Source: Lama glama (Eukaryota). From it: a stretch of 64,000 bases of DNA. Under the pieces are notes generated by a model. The model saw only the letters and a program-made list of their open reading frames with translations, ran no database searches and had not been told where the DNA came from. Shown here piece by piece: positions 35,966 to 47,268 of the stretch; within the stretch, counting starts at the first letter, position 1, and each line of letters opens with the position of its first letter. The stretch covers positions 5,704,001 to 5,768,000 of the forward strand of contig CM052845.1 in the NCBI GenBank assembly GCA_028534125.1, written 5' to 3'. A program made the translations under genes and the position numbers.

Positions 35966-37790
35966 CAGAATTTTGCTTTTTGAATCCAGAAGCCAATACC
36001 TTCTCACAGTAGTAAAAATTTTTTGAATTATGTGGTTTAGCCTTGTGAATCTGAGTTTTATCCCATAAGAAGGGAAAAAAGCCTCTGATAAGGAGGCATT
36101 TTTATTTTATCATCCTAGGCTACATCTTTTTCTCCAAGTATGTTCACCAGCCTTCAACCAATATTTTTGTTTCATTCATATTGACTCTGTACTATTAGTT
36201 CTGCCCTTGAATAAGATTCTATTCTTTTCCAGAGGACATGTCCCACTTTTTTTTTTTTCCCCGTTGTTAAGACATTTTCTATTGTAGTAGCTGGCGGTTT
36301 GTGATCTCACCACACTCTTGGCAGATTTCCTTATTCCTCATAATGATCGTGTCAACATCAGCAATGAGCATCAATGATAATAATGCCCCTCTTCAGGCTC
36401 TTTCCTCGGCTGATGCATCTGGCCTCCTTGAATGGCATTCATCAGAGCTCAGGCACCAAGATAATAATACGCCAGCACCAGTGATGCCAGCTTTTCCTCT
36501 TTGACCAATTACCTCCTGGACCTGATTCAAACTGAAGCCAAAACACCCTGAGAAAGTTTGCTCATCTTTAGAAGTTATGAAAATACATGTGAAGCTACAA
36601 AGAAGACTTCAAAGCGCTTTTGTTTTTGATGTTAGAAATGAGATACTCACTGTATCTCTATAATAGATGTGTTTCCATATATTAGTATTTGTCAGGCAAT
36701 GCGGTACAGACGATAAATGTTTTCCCTGAACATTCAAGGTGCTAATATGCACAGAATATTGGAAGCTCAGGATAGTTATTTATATCCACAACTGGAAGAT
36801 AACCTTACAATCATCAACGTCCTAAACTACAGAGGAAATGGATTAAGAAAATTTTCTGAATTTCCATATCAGTTGGAGTTATCATATTTAATGATTAATG
36901 GCTGCGTTTCTCAGGTGCTTATCACTTTATGACGATGCCAAGAATGAAATGAAAAATAAAGGGGAGTGGTATGAGATTCACGTAGGAAGAGAAATTCCTC
37001 TTTCTTGCGGATTTAAGAAGCACAGTACAACATGGTAACTGAGAAACAACCACAGCAAAGGAACAGAGTTGTCAGAAACACTGCAAAACCAGACAGAAGA
37101 TAAGTCACACTGTCACAGAGATGATAACTTTTTGTGGAAAGCAGCTGTAGTTTCTCATCAAACCATAGGCTACACACTTTGAAAGGACTAATTTCTTGCA
37201 CTGACATGTATACAAACATCCCATATGATTGCTGTTTTATAAGTACATGTGCATGTATGTCAGTGCACATATTTTGATGTAGATACAAGCACAGTTATAC
37301 ATACAAAAGGCTCGTACAAGGCTTATACAGCATTACATGATTTTATGCCAAATCCTATAGTCCTGATTATCTGATATTCTGCTAATCATAACTTTCTTTT
37401 AATTGGCATTTCAGAAGATGTACAGTACCATTATGTTTAGCAATAACATCAAATAGCTTAATAATTGAGAGACTGGATTTTGGAATTACTGCCTGGAAAC
37501 CAATGGAAGATAACTCTTTGATAAATATAAGCATTTAACCGGGATATTCCATTTTAAACAATACTAGATAACAAAGAGTTAATATTTTCATATTAGTTGC
37601 ACATTTGTTCATGTTCACTGACATCTGCATTTCTTCTCAATTAATTTAGAAGTTTCTCAAGAGGCAGGCTTTTAAAAAAACTATTTCTAGATCTGTTATG
37701 GTCTTTAAATACAAACGAAGGGCTTATCTCAGATGGTCTATTTCATGAGATCTCCTCATAGGTTGTGCTAGTTTAGAACTATTGTGTCTT

Positions 37791-37830
37791 GTCTATGGCC
37801 ATACCACCCTGAACACGCCTGATCTCGTCT
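37791..37830 (+). pseudogene. 5S rRNA 5' fragment (nt 1-40), tailless retropseudogene
   Basis: gtctatggccataccaccctgaacacgcctgatctcgtct vs mammalian 5S GTCTACGGCCATACCACCCTGAACGCGCCCGATCTCGTCT: 37/40, all three differences are CpG transitions. TSD at 37775-37790 / 37831-37846 (13/16). Confidence 0.92.
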
Positions 37831-39329
37831 AATACTATTATGTCTTAGTTGTTATGGCTCAATTAATTTGCACACTCAAGGCCATAGATAACAGATGTAT
37901 GAGACATAGGTCTGCTCAGAGGCTGAATGATCAGGGGTCTACTCATGAATTGAATAAAGAGAGATCTTATCAACCATGTGCTTGACATATGTGAATGAGT
38001 AAGTAATGTAAATCTTTGCTAAAAATAGTTTAACTTTGATCAAATATATTGTTTAGAGAAGAAGAAGAAAAACTTGGTTCCCAGAGAGAAACCAAACCAA
38101 ACTAAGACAAAAAAACAAAAAATAGTTACAGAACTTTAAAGTATATTGACAATTCTGCCACATCTCCCTAGTCTAGGGGAAGAAGTGAAGTCTGTTTCCA
38201 GAATATCTATTTCCCAACCGTAAAGTGTTAAAGAAATGAGAATTAACATTTGTATTACTGTTTGGAGGTTTATTTCCATCTAGCCTCAAAAATATATAGA
38301 CTTGGTGATTTAAAAAAAGAGTAAAAACAAAACAAAAAAGTACACATTTTTTTTTCCTGTTTGAAAAGAAAAATACGGAAAAAGTCATTAGAGAAATAAG
38401 TATTTGGAGGCAATTGGAAATAATAATAAGCCCATCATTTTTTTTTTCACAGAAAAAAAGCGATTTGCTTACTTAAAGCGTCCGCTAGAAAAGCCAAAGT
38501 AGTTGGAAAGTTGGAAGCAGTCATTTGGAAGCTAAGAATGCACAGTGCCCGAGGCAGACTATAAAGGTGTCCCTCACATGTGAAAGGAAAACTGCCCCCT
38601 GGAAAGCACTTCGCTAAGGTTTACTGCGGCAATGCAGATGAATAAGTAAATCTTGGGCATTTAAAGGGAAAAATATTCAACATCTACTTTCAGAGTCACG
38701 CTACTTTTATTCTTGATCTATGTGTTGGCACTGACAACAAGTTTGATGACTGAGAACTTAGATTCTTTGGCCAAATCAGAGTTAAAGCATCTTGCGGCAG
38801 TTTCATATGCTAAGAGCCAGTGTGCATCTGGGATGGGCACCTGGGGGCATTTTCTCACTTGTTCTAGGGGCGCTGCGTGTGGAGCAGAGAGCGTCTGTGA
38901 GGCGGGATCTGCAGAGTGCAGGGAATGATAACTGAACATCCCTCCTGTATACCTCAGCTGCCCTGAATTTCTCCAGAGTGTCCTTTCTGTTTCTTTCAAA
39001 GCAACCCTTTTCAGAGAGTAGACTACAGTTTATGTCACTTAATTACTCATTGTAATTTTCATCTGGATTTACATTGTTTTATCAGCTTGCTTCTGTTGGG
39101 CACGATTAGCTGTGAGTAAGAAGCAGAGGATACTTGAGATTATGAAAGATGGGGAAAGGAGCAGTTTGAATAGAACTGCTTTACGCAATTGAGCTAGATT
39201 AGGAAACACAATGGGGTCCCTAGGTAGCTGAAGAAAAATAAACACGAATGCCATTTATATAGATGTTGGTCATTTACAATATATTTTCCTTTATCTCATT
39301 TCTGTCTACATCTTCTAAGTCAGATAACA

Positions 39330-39470
39330 GCAATCTGTTGGTTTACTGATGAAGTTGAGATTCAAGGGAAAAATTCAGTGGCTTATTCAAATTTATGCAG
39401 CTAAGAAGTGACATAGCTAAGACTCACTCAGTGTCTTCTGATTCTAAATCCTCTGCTCTTTTCACTAGAG
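39330..39470 (-). mobile_element. MIR fragment
   Basis: tttactgatgaagttgagattcaagg ... cagtggcttattcaaatttatgcagctaagaagtgaca ... tcttctgattctaaatcctctgctcttttcacta. Confidence 0.7.
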
Positions 39471-39997
39471 GGTGAGAGGCTGAGCATTTAGGGAAGACAG
39501 TATAATTTAGAAAAAGGAGGATAAAAGTCCTAGAGTGATGCCAGCTCTCAACTCAACAGTGCTGCCAAGGATTGGTTTTCAAATATATGTGAGAAGGTTA
39601 TACAAGTGATTTGTAAGATTAACTGTATTTCTACATAAAAGGAATTTGTTGGCCATTCAAAGGACTAGACTGAAGTTGCATCATGTATACATTTAATGTA
39701 TTAAAAATCAAATATATGCACTTGAACAGACAGGGAAAAAAATTATCTAAGATCACCAGGGGCTCATCCCACTGTTCCTCTCAGTGATCATATGTCCGCA
39801 GATGACTAAGCGACCAGACACAGGGATCTATCTGTCAATCTCGGGTCCTTCCTGCTACCGTTAATGTGAGTGTCTCACCACAGAGAGTGTGATTCCATTG
39901 TTTGAAATATTTTTGCCTGTGAGATTTTCACCTTAAGCACTGTCTTTAGAACCTAAGCCTTTGTGACTTGGAGCTATAATGTTCTGTTTGATTCTCT

Positions 39998-40226
39998 ATA
40001 GTGATGTTTTTGAATATGTCCTGCAAAACATTAGTTCCGCATGCTGTTAAACACATAAACCAACAAACTCGGAGTTGGATCAAACAAAATTAACAGGTTT
40101 GACTGCAGGATTTTTCAGTTCCCTTGATATGTAAAATTGAACATCAATCTCTAAGTTGTAGCGGGGGCAGGGATTCATAGTGCAGAAATTTTCCAGTGAT
40201 CATCACGAGCCTATTCTGGGAAACAT
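39998..40226. mobile_element. hAT-Charlie-type fragment
   Basis: aaaacattagttcc ... aaacaaaattaacaggtttgactgcaggatttttcag ... ctgggaaaca. Confidence 0.5.
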
Positions 40227-41284
40227 ATATATATATATCTACACATATATATTTAGACTCACAGCATACAAATGTGATATTTATATAGAAAATATATATC
40301 AATTAGCTTTTTATGGTGAGAATATATAATCTCTGATGTTCGAAAGGGAAAATGGGCAATTTTCAGATGGTTAAAGAAAAGTGAGAAAGGCGAAAGGCTT
40401 GTCTGGAAGTTTCTGTGGTGCCTACTGGCTCAGCACTGAGCAGCTAAACAGCAAGAGACTTGAAGTAGAAAAGTATCAAATTAAGTCAAAGGCACCACAG
40501 AGAAGGGTTTATGAGAGCTGAGCACATGCAGCAGAAGAGAAGTGTGTGCCGCGCCAGCCCCATCCTCAATCCAGCCCCAACCCAGGGGAGCTGGTGCCTC
40601 GTCGTGGAGCGGTCACTAAAGCTCATTCTATCCTGCAACATCACCTAAGGATCTCAGAGTGGCCGGATAGGTGGGCCATGACACCAGTGAAGGGTAATTT
40701 CTGGTGGAAAGTGTGTTTATGGTACACAAAGGGGAAGCCGTATATGTATTGGGATGGGGAAAATAAGCATTCAATTCCAGAGAATTTTCTGGAAGGAAAG
40801 GTGAGAGCAGTGTATATGGGCAAGGACAACAGAATTCTCACCTGTCCTCACATACACACACATACATGTACATGTCCATCACACACCCTGTACACCTCAG
40901 TTAACTTCTCATTGGGCTTCATGTGTCTCTTCATCTTGAAGAGAAGCAAACTTTTGGGCTGCCACCAGTGAGCCAGAGTTGATGGCAACTTTTAACTTGG
41001 CTCAGGATCATCTGAACTTCAGAGGAACACTCTCTCAACGTACCACCTGTAAACGATCTCTGGATTTCATGATGCTTGTGTGTCGGGGGTGCTCTCTCCT
41101 CCCTCACAGACAAGGTGACTTCTGTGTGTGGGTGACTAGGTGGGAGGGCACCTCCCTGAACCTCTGTCATCTGAGGGCTGCTGACAGAGCCAGTCACTAA
41201 AAATAGATTAATCATACGCCTGTCTCTGCGACCCAAAGGCAAAACAAAGCTCCATAAGGGTCCCTCATTAATAGTTACAACGTA

Positions 41285-41460
41285 GAGAATCATAGACCAT
41301 GAGAGGAGGAAAGACTTTGAAAGATCATCTGGTCAAACCCCCTCATTAGACAAAGGAGGATGTCAGGCCCTGAATGATTAGTCCACATTTTTTTTTAGTT
41401 ACTTCATGATTATCATGTGTCAGCAAGTAAAGAGCTGGGATCTTGGGTGTAGATGTTCCT
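41285..41460 (-). mobile_element. MIR3/MIR fragment
   Basis: gaatcatagacc ... gactttgaaagatcatctggtcaaaccccctcatt. Confidence 0.65.
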
Positions 41461-41655
41461 AAGAGGTATTATTAATGCAAGAAGCTTCACAAAGTCATGA
41501 TCCTGTAACAGCTGAAAGGGTGACCCCAAAGAAGGGAGACCTCTTCTCTTATTCATTAATCTACCATCCAGAGGTAGCATATATGTATGTATTTTTTGTT
41601 TTTATATATTTGTGTGTGTATATATATATATATTTAGCATATTGTACTCAGTATT

Positions 41656-42525
41656 TTTTTTTACATTTTTTATTGATTCATACTCATTTTACAGTGTTAT
41701 GTCAAATTCCAGTGTTCAGCACAATTTTTCAGTCATTCATGGACATATACACACTCATTGTCACATTTTTTTCTCTGTGATTTATCATAACATTTTGTGT
41801 ATATTTCCCTGTGCTATACAGTGTAATNNNNNNNNNNNNNNNNNNNNNNNNNNNNNNNNNNNNNNNNNNNNNNNNNNNNNNNNNNNNNNNNNNNNNNNNN
41901 NNNNNNNNNNNNNNNNNNNNNNNNNNNNNNNNNNNNNNNNNNNNNNNNNNNNNNNNNNNNNNNNNNNNNNNNNNNNNNNNNNNNNNNNNNNNNNNNNNNN
42001 NNNNNNNNNNNNNNNNNNNNNNNNNNNNNNNNNNNNNNNNNNNNNNNNNNNNNNNNNNNNNNNNNNNNNNNNNNNNNNNNNNNNNNNNNNNNNNNNNNNN
42101 NNNNNNNNNNNNNNNNNNNNNNNNNNNNNNNNNNNNNNNNNNNNNNNNNNNNNNNNNNNNNNNNNNNNNNNNNNNNNNNNNNNNNNNNNNNNNNNNNNNN
42201 NNNNNNNNNNNNNNNNNNNNNNNNNNNNNNNNNNNNNNNNNNNNNNNNNNNNNNNNNNNNNNNNNNNNNNNNNNNNNNNNNNNNNNNNNNNNNNNNNNNN
42301 NNNNNNNNNNNNNNNNNNNNNNNNNNNTTAATTCCTCTCTGATCTTTATTATTTCCTTCCTTCTGCTGCTTTTTGGGGCTTTTTGTTCTTCTTTTTCTAA
42401 TTGATTTAGGTGGTGGGTTAACTTGTTTATTTGAGATTGTTCTTCTTTTTTGAGGAAGGCCTGTATCGCTATAAACTTCCCTCTTAGCACTGCCTTTGCT
42501 GTGTCCCATAGGTTTTGAGTGGTTG
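41656..42525 (-). mobile_element. Young 5'-truncated L1 (camelid-type) spanning an assembly gap
   Basis: Poly(T) and L1 3' UTR at 41656-41827. An ORF2 segment with intact frame, [28 protein letters not shown]...[12 protein letters not shown], at 42328-42525. Perfect 14-bp TSD ttgtactcagtatt at 41642-41655 and 42526-42539. Confidence 0.95.
41828..42327. other. Assembly gap (exactly 500 N)
   Basis: Run of N inside the L1. Confidence 1.
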
Positions 42526-42717
42526 TTGTACTCAGTATTAATAGCTATAAATGTCATAACTATTTTTAATGACCTCATTAGTAAACCATGATTTATTTAG
42601 CTAATACTATTAGTTAACATTTAGGTTGTACCCTATTTTTTAACCTGTACACATGACACTGGTATTTTTTCAAAATTTTTTAAGTTTCCAAGATGTACTA
42701 TCTTTACACACTTCTTT

Positions 42718-42851
42718 TTGAACTGAAGTGTAGTTAGTTTACAGTATTATATTAGTTTCAGGTGTACAGCATAGTGACTCAATACTTTGGGGATTATACT
42801 CCATTTAAAGTTACTATAAAGTGTTGGTTATATCCCCTATGCTATACAGTA
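42718..42851 (-). mobile_element. L1 3' end stub with TSD, inside an older L1ME-like fragment
   Basis: tgaagtgtagttagtttacagtattatattagtttcaggtgtacagcatagtgactc. TSD tttacacacttcttt (42703-42717) vs tttacacccatcttt (42852-42866), 13/15. Confidence 0.85.
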
Positions 42852-44462
42852 TTTACACCCATCTTTGGTTCTCTTCTAACGTTAGGGTTTTGAACATGGT
42901 ATCTCTTAAGTCAAAGCCAACTATTATTTTAAAGATCTGATACACTATAACAGCATTCCTTTCTCAAAATACACATATATCTATTACCAGCTCCACTGGT
43001 AGGAAAAAACTGTTCTCAGAGATCTATGACTCCTTCCATGCACAGCCCTTCCCCCGTAAGAGGTTGGCCATCTCAGGCTCCCTTCTGTCCCTCTGTGTCC
43101 TGCTTGCATCCTTTGTTTTTGAGATTCTTGTTTTGAAAAGCCTGCAAGTCATTTGAAGTGGACAGAAATCAGACAGGAGAGGGGAGAGGAAAAGGACTGA
43201 GAATAGAAGACAGAGGCAGTGACCAAGGAAATAACTAGTCATGTTATCAGTTTTGCAATCATAGCAACCCCAATTACTAACGGGAAAAGCAGCAGTGTGG
43301 TGAGGCATGGAATATTACAGGAAGGCCAGCCAATCAGAGCAATTGCAGTATTACCTGCCATCACCACCAGAAAGGTGCAATTTTGACTGGGAGGGGAAGA
43401 TGAGAGGGTAAGAGAGCTGGAATGATTGTTGATTGTTCGAGGGGAAATTTCCCATCACCCTTTGTAGATTTCAGCCGCTTCCCTTTAGGAAAGATACACC
43501 CTTGTTAAAGCTCACCTAAGCCGGACTCCAAGGTAACATTTAGACAGCTTACCCCTTGCCTTCAGTCACAAGCAAAGGCGAATTTATCAATTTTCCCAGC
43601 CATGTCATTCTCAGGAACTGTTTGCTTTTTTAATTGCTTAGCTAGGGTTCATTGAACATAATTGAACAGCTCCCCGATTAGAGGGTACAGGCTGGGGACA
43701 GCAGGAGTCAGCTGTCAGGAGAGTCTCCCGCATTTGAGCAGAGTTCCTCTGCCTGCCTTCCCCCTGCTGGGGTGAATAGAACTGAACTGGTGGCTATTGC
43801 TACCTTGACTGGGGAGGAGGACATGAAGTCCCTTTGACCCATCCAGCCAGCCAGCAGTAGGAACACAGCCTGCCAAGAGTTTCTCTATCACTACCAGATG
43901 TTCACTGAGAGCCTCAAATTTCAGGGATTTCATTAAATGTGAGAATCACACCTTCTTCTCATCACCTACAAAGAGCTGCAGCCTCCCTGAGGGAGAAAGG
44001 CAGCTCCACTGGCTGAGTGCCTCTTTCCTGACTCCCTGCTGACATCTTTGAATAGGGCTGATTACCCCGAAAAGGATCTTGTGTCTACTCCTGAGAGGCC
44101 TCAGGACAGGAGGCATTCATGTGGAAGGAAAGAGAACATTTTCCTGGAGCATTCATCTTTGCCACTGCCACCGTTACACTTCCAGCGAGGAAGGTTCCTC
44201 TGCTTCTGAAATACAATTGTCTTGCAAACAGCTGCTCCAGCTTGATTTTGCAGACAGTGTTCAAAACATTACGGGCAAAAACTTCTTAGCCCACCCACAA
44301 ATTTCCACATTGACTGAAGGAAAATCTCTCATAATTTTATACATAATTTCTCCCACTCTCTATATCATCACATGATAGAAATTTTAGAGTTGGTAGGAGT
44401 GGAGTTTTTGGAATAGCCTTACTTTTATGAAATTTATTTATTTATGATAGCCATAATAAAAG

Positions 44463-45613
44463 TGTTCCCAAACCAGATTCATTTGCCCGATGGGCAGCAA
44501 TTCAATAGCTGAGACTGAGGTTTGCAGCAGAGAAAGGGTATATTCATGAAGCAGCCAAGCGAGGAGACAGGAGAATAAGTCTCAGATCTGCCTTCCTGCA
44601 GGTAAGGGTTGAAGAGTACAGGGTAGTCGGAGGCACAGGGGAAGGTGACTGGAGGCAGGAAAAAGGTAATTGCTGCCCTGAGTGACATGCTTCTTTATGG
44701 GAGGCATGTTCAGAAAGAGGTGGCTTTAGCATCATTTGAAGGTAGACTTTTGGGCCCTCTGACATCTGAAGGTCATCCATCCGACACTTGCCCAGGCCCA
44801 GTGGGAGAGTCTGTAGTTCTAAATAGTCTTAACTGGCTCAAACTGAAGCTGGGCAGGAGCTGACTCTAACTTCCTGAAAAATAAATTAAGCAACTATTAC
44901 TACGGCAACCCGTATGTCAGAGGTGTTAGCAGCAGGGAGGTCGTTAAAGGGGTCTGTGACATTGTCTAAGCTATGTGACACTTGTGTTACCGGACAAAAT
45001 CTCATGTGTCCCACACACAGTGAGGCCAAACTGAGATGTCAGAGTCTGGAGCGGAGAAATGTTTATTGCAGGGCTGAGCAAGGAGAACAGGTGGCTCCTG
45101 CTTGAAAAACCCAAACTCCCCAATGATTTGGGGGGGGGGAAATTTTACAGGCAAAAATAGGGTGAGGGCTGCAGGGTGTGTGACTTTCTTCTGATTGGCT
45201 GGTGATGAGATAACAGAGCGGTGCTCCAGGACCCTTGTGCTCAGTGTGAAGTTGCCATCCTCCACCTGGGTGGGGGCCTTAGTTCCTGCAGAAGAGCTCA
45301 AGGCTATTGTGTGTTCCTTGAGGAGAACCAAGACCCTATCCTGGCTGCACTGTTGTATGTTGACTGTTCCTCCCTTGTTTCTACACTCCCTCCCTTCCCC
45401 CATTAGCAACTGCTTGAATCTGCCCTTTGGAGCTCAGGGAAGGTCTAGGAGGCTGAATGAAGCCTATGTCCTCAACACTAGAAACAGGGCACAGGGAAAG
45501 GATTTGTACCAGGGAGGACCCCACAGGGTCCTACTCTGTTTCACTTGGAAGGTATGTGATTTGCAGAAGCAATTAAGTCAGGCAAGTTAGAGTTCAAAGG
45601 ATCTTGACTTTCA
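44463..45613 (-). mobile_element. Older ERV1 solo LTR (MER31/MER67-like), interrupted by a younger LTR
   Basis: gcagccaagcgaggagacaggaga ... catgttcagaaa ... ttttgggccctctgacatc ... ttcctgaaaaataaattaagcaac. The right boundary after the insert is approximate. Confidence 0.75.
44985..45543 (-). mobile_element. Younger ERV1 solo LTR (MER41-like cetartiodactyl family)
   Basis: TG...CA termini and a perfect 4-bp TSD cttg (44981-44984 / 45544-45547). Minus-strand AATAAA and CCAAT box. Confidence 0.9.
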
Positions 45614-45855
45614 CACCTCTTTGTGTTAGCAGAGTCCACCTCTAGCCCTAAGTTTTGGAGTTACTGGTTTAACCTGCTGGTCTGCCTTACTTACGTCCCT
45701 AAACTGAAAATGCTGTGTTATTCCCAGTTCTTGAAAAAAAACAAGGTCTTTTCTCTTCTGGCACCAAGTTTATCCTTTCTCAGTTTTAACTTGGTTCTTT
45801 TCATTTGAACAATCTTTATCTCTTTTTCAGTTTTTCTTTAGCTTTCTATCTAAAG

Positions 45856-46600
45856 CAGTGTTTCTCAATCCTTATTTTTCTTTATTTTCCCTCTTTGAAG
45901 CATTTTAGACAATTTTTTCTTAAATGTACCCTCCATGAAATTTTAGTATTACAGATATACTCTATTTATATAATAATACGTATTATTATAAATATGAACA
46001 AATTGATTCTTGTGTGGTGAAAAGAATATACTCATGTGTAAATATATATGTTGAAGTGTGGGCACATACATATGTATCTGTGTGTATCTATGGTAAAGGG
46101 AAAATCAATATGGAGTCCATTTTGCTAAGACAGCCTCCTAAGGTGGAGATGGGAGGCCACTGAGGGAGTGTGACTTATGCATGTCTCAGCCCAGATAGAA
46201 TCTAAATTAACACAGGCATCCAGAACATCTGCCCAGTGTTCCAGAAACTCAAGATACATATCAGACCTTTACCCTAAAATAACTTGTGTCAGCCTATCCC
46301 TTAAGGACAAATATTTCCTTCCTTACAACAAAGTCAGTCATAACTCCTGCCGGGCAACTTCAGCAACCTTGTGCTTTTTGCCTTTCTAAGTGCCTGACTT
46401 TTTTCTCTTCCGTGGAACACTCTTTCGGTTTTACTGTGTCTCTCACATTGTGATACCTAAGACCCCAAATAAACGCTTTCCTGATTTGTAGCCTTCTATG
46501 TTTTGTTGGTGGACATTACATAGATGTAACTTTTTTTCACCACACAAGAATCAATTTTTGTCCCTCTGGGAGTGATACTACGTCTTTTGACACCATAGGA
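45856..46600. mobile_element. hAT-Charlie-type MITE split by an LTR
   Basis: Starts cagtgtttctcaatcc. Contains ccatgaaattttagtattacagatatact and resumes at ttttcaccacacaagaatcaatttttgtccctctgggagtgatact. Confidence 0.6.
46092..46515 (+). mobile_element. ERV1-type solo LTR
   Basis: gtaaagggaaaatcaatatggagtc ... ctaagaccccaaataaac ... tggaca, with LTR-like layout and AATAAA near the 3' end. Confidence 0.7.
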
Positions 46601-46880
46601 TCTAAAGAAACAGGTCTTAGAATCGTTTTCGACTCTACCTACAGATAGTTTCTCTCTCGAAAAATAACAGCAACAAAACTCGAACCTCTTGTCTAAGCTC
46701 AGAATCTATATCGCCAACTGAGAAATTCGACTACAAATCTTGTATACTGTGACAAGTGTAGGCTGTGACTCTGTCTGCATTTTAATTACCATTTCATTGT
46801 CTTGACTTCTGAGGTCAGTTCTATTCATAGCTACCATTAGAAAGGGATGCTTTTAGGGACAGATATGAACACAAAGATAA

Positions 46881-47268
46881 TGATGTGGTTCAGGACATGT
46901 TACTCCAAACTAGGGTACCTTGGCATATTGAATACCTTTTGTTGAAGGAGTTTGAGAAAACAACAGAAGCAGGAAGGTCACTCTGAACAAAGAGACCTTA
47001 CTGTTTCCACGGGTGTATTACACTTCCTACATACCCTTTGACTTATCACATTTTTCCATGACTGTTCATTCTTCATCAAATCTAGCATGAAAATACTAGG
47101 GATTAACCATTTCTTCAAGTCTTCATTTTCTTATGAAGGTTCCTGTGTCACGTAAAACTTATATTGAATACATTTTTATGCTTTTCTCCTGTCAACCTGT
47201 CTGTCAGTTTAGTTTTCATACCCAGCCAGGGACCCTAAGAGGGTTGAGAAAAATGTTTCCTCCTTATA
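46881..47268 (+). mobile_element. ERV1 solo LTR (MER34/MER39-group)
   Basis: tgatgtggttcaggacatgttactccaaa ... gcagaag/gaaggtcactctga ... gtcacgtaaaacttatatt ... ccctaagagggttgag. 4-bp TSD ataa (46877-46880 / 47269-47272). Confidence 0.85.

Noticed and set aside
37791-37830. Functional 5S rRNA gene
   Set aside because: Only 40 of ~120 nt, with no box A/C internal promoter or oligo-T terminator.
41612-42578. Long 197-254 aa ORFs
   Set aside because: Artefacts of translating through the 500-N gap; the same applies to 31204-31479.
9280-45543. Two related same-orientation LTRs as the ends of one provirus
   Set aside because: They are 35 kb apart and clearly different subfamilies, with no gag/pol/env between them, and the second has its own TSD.
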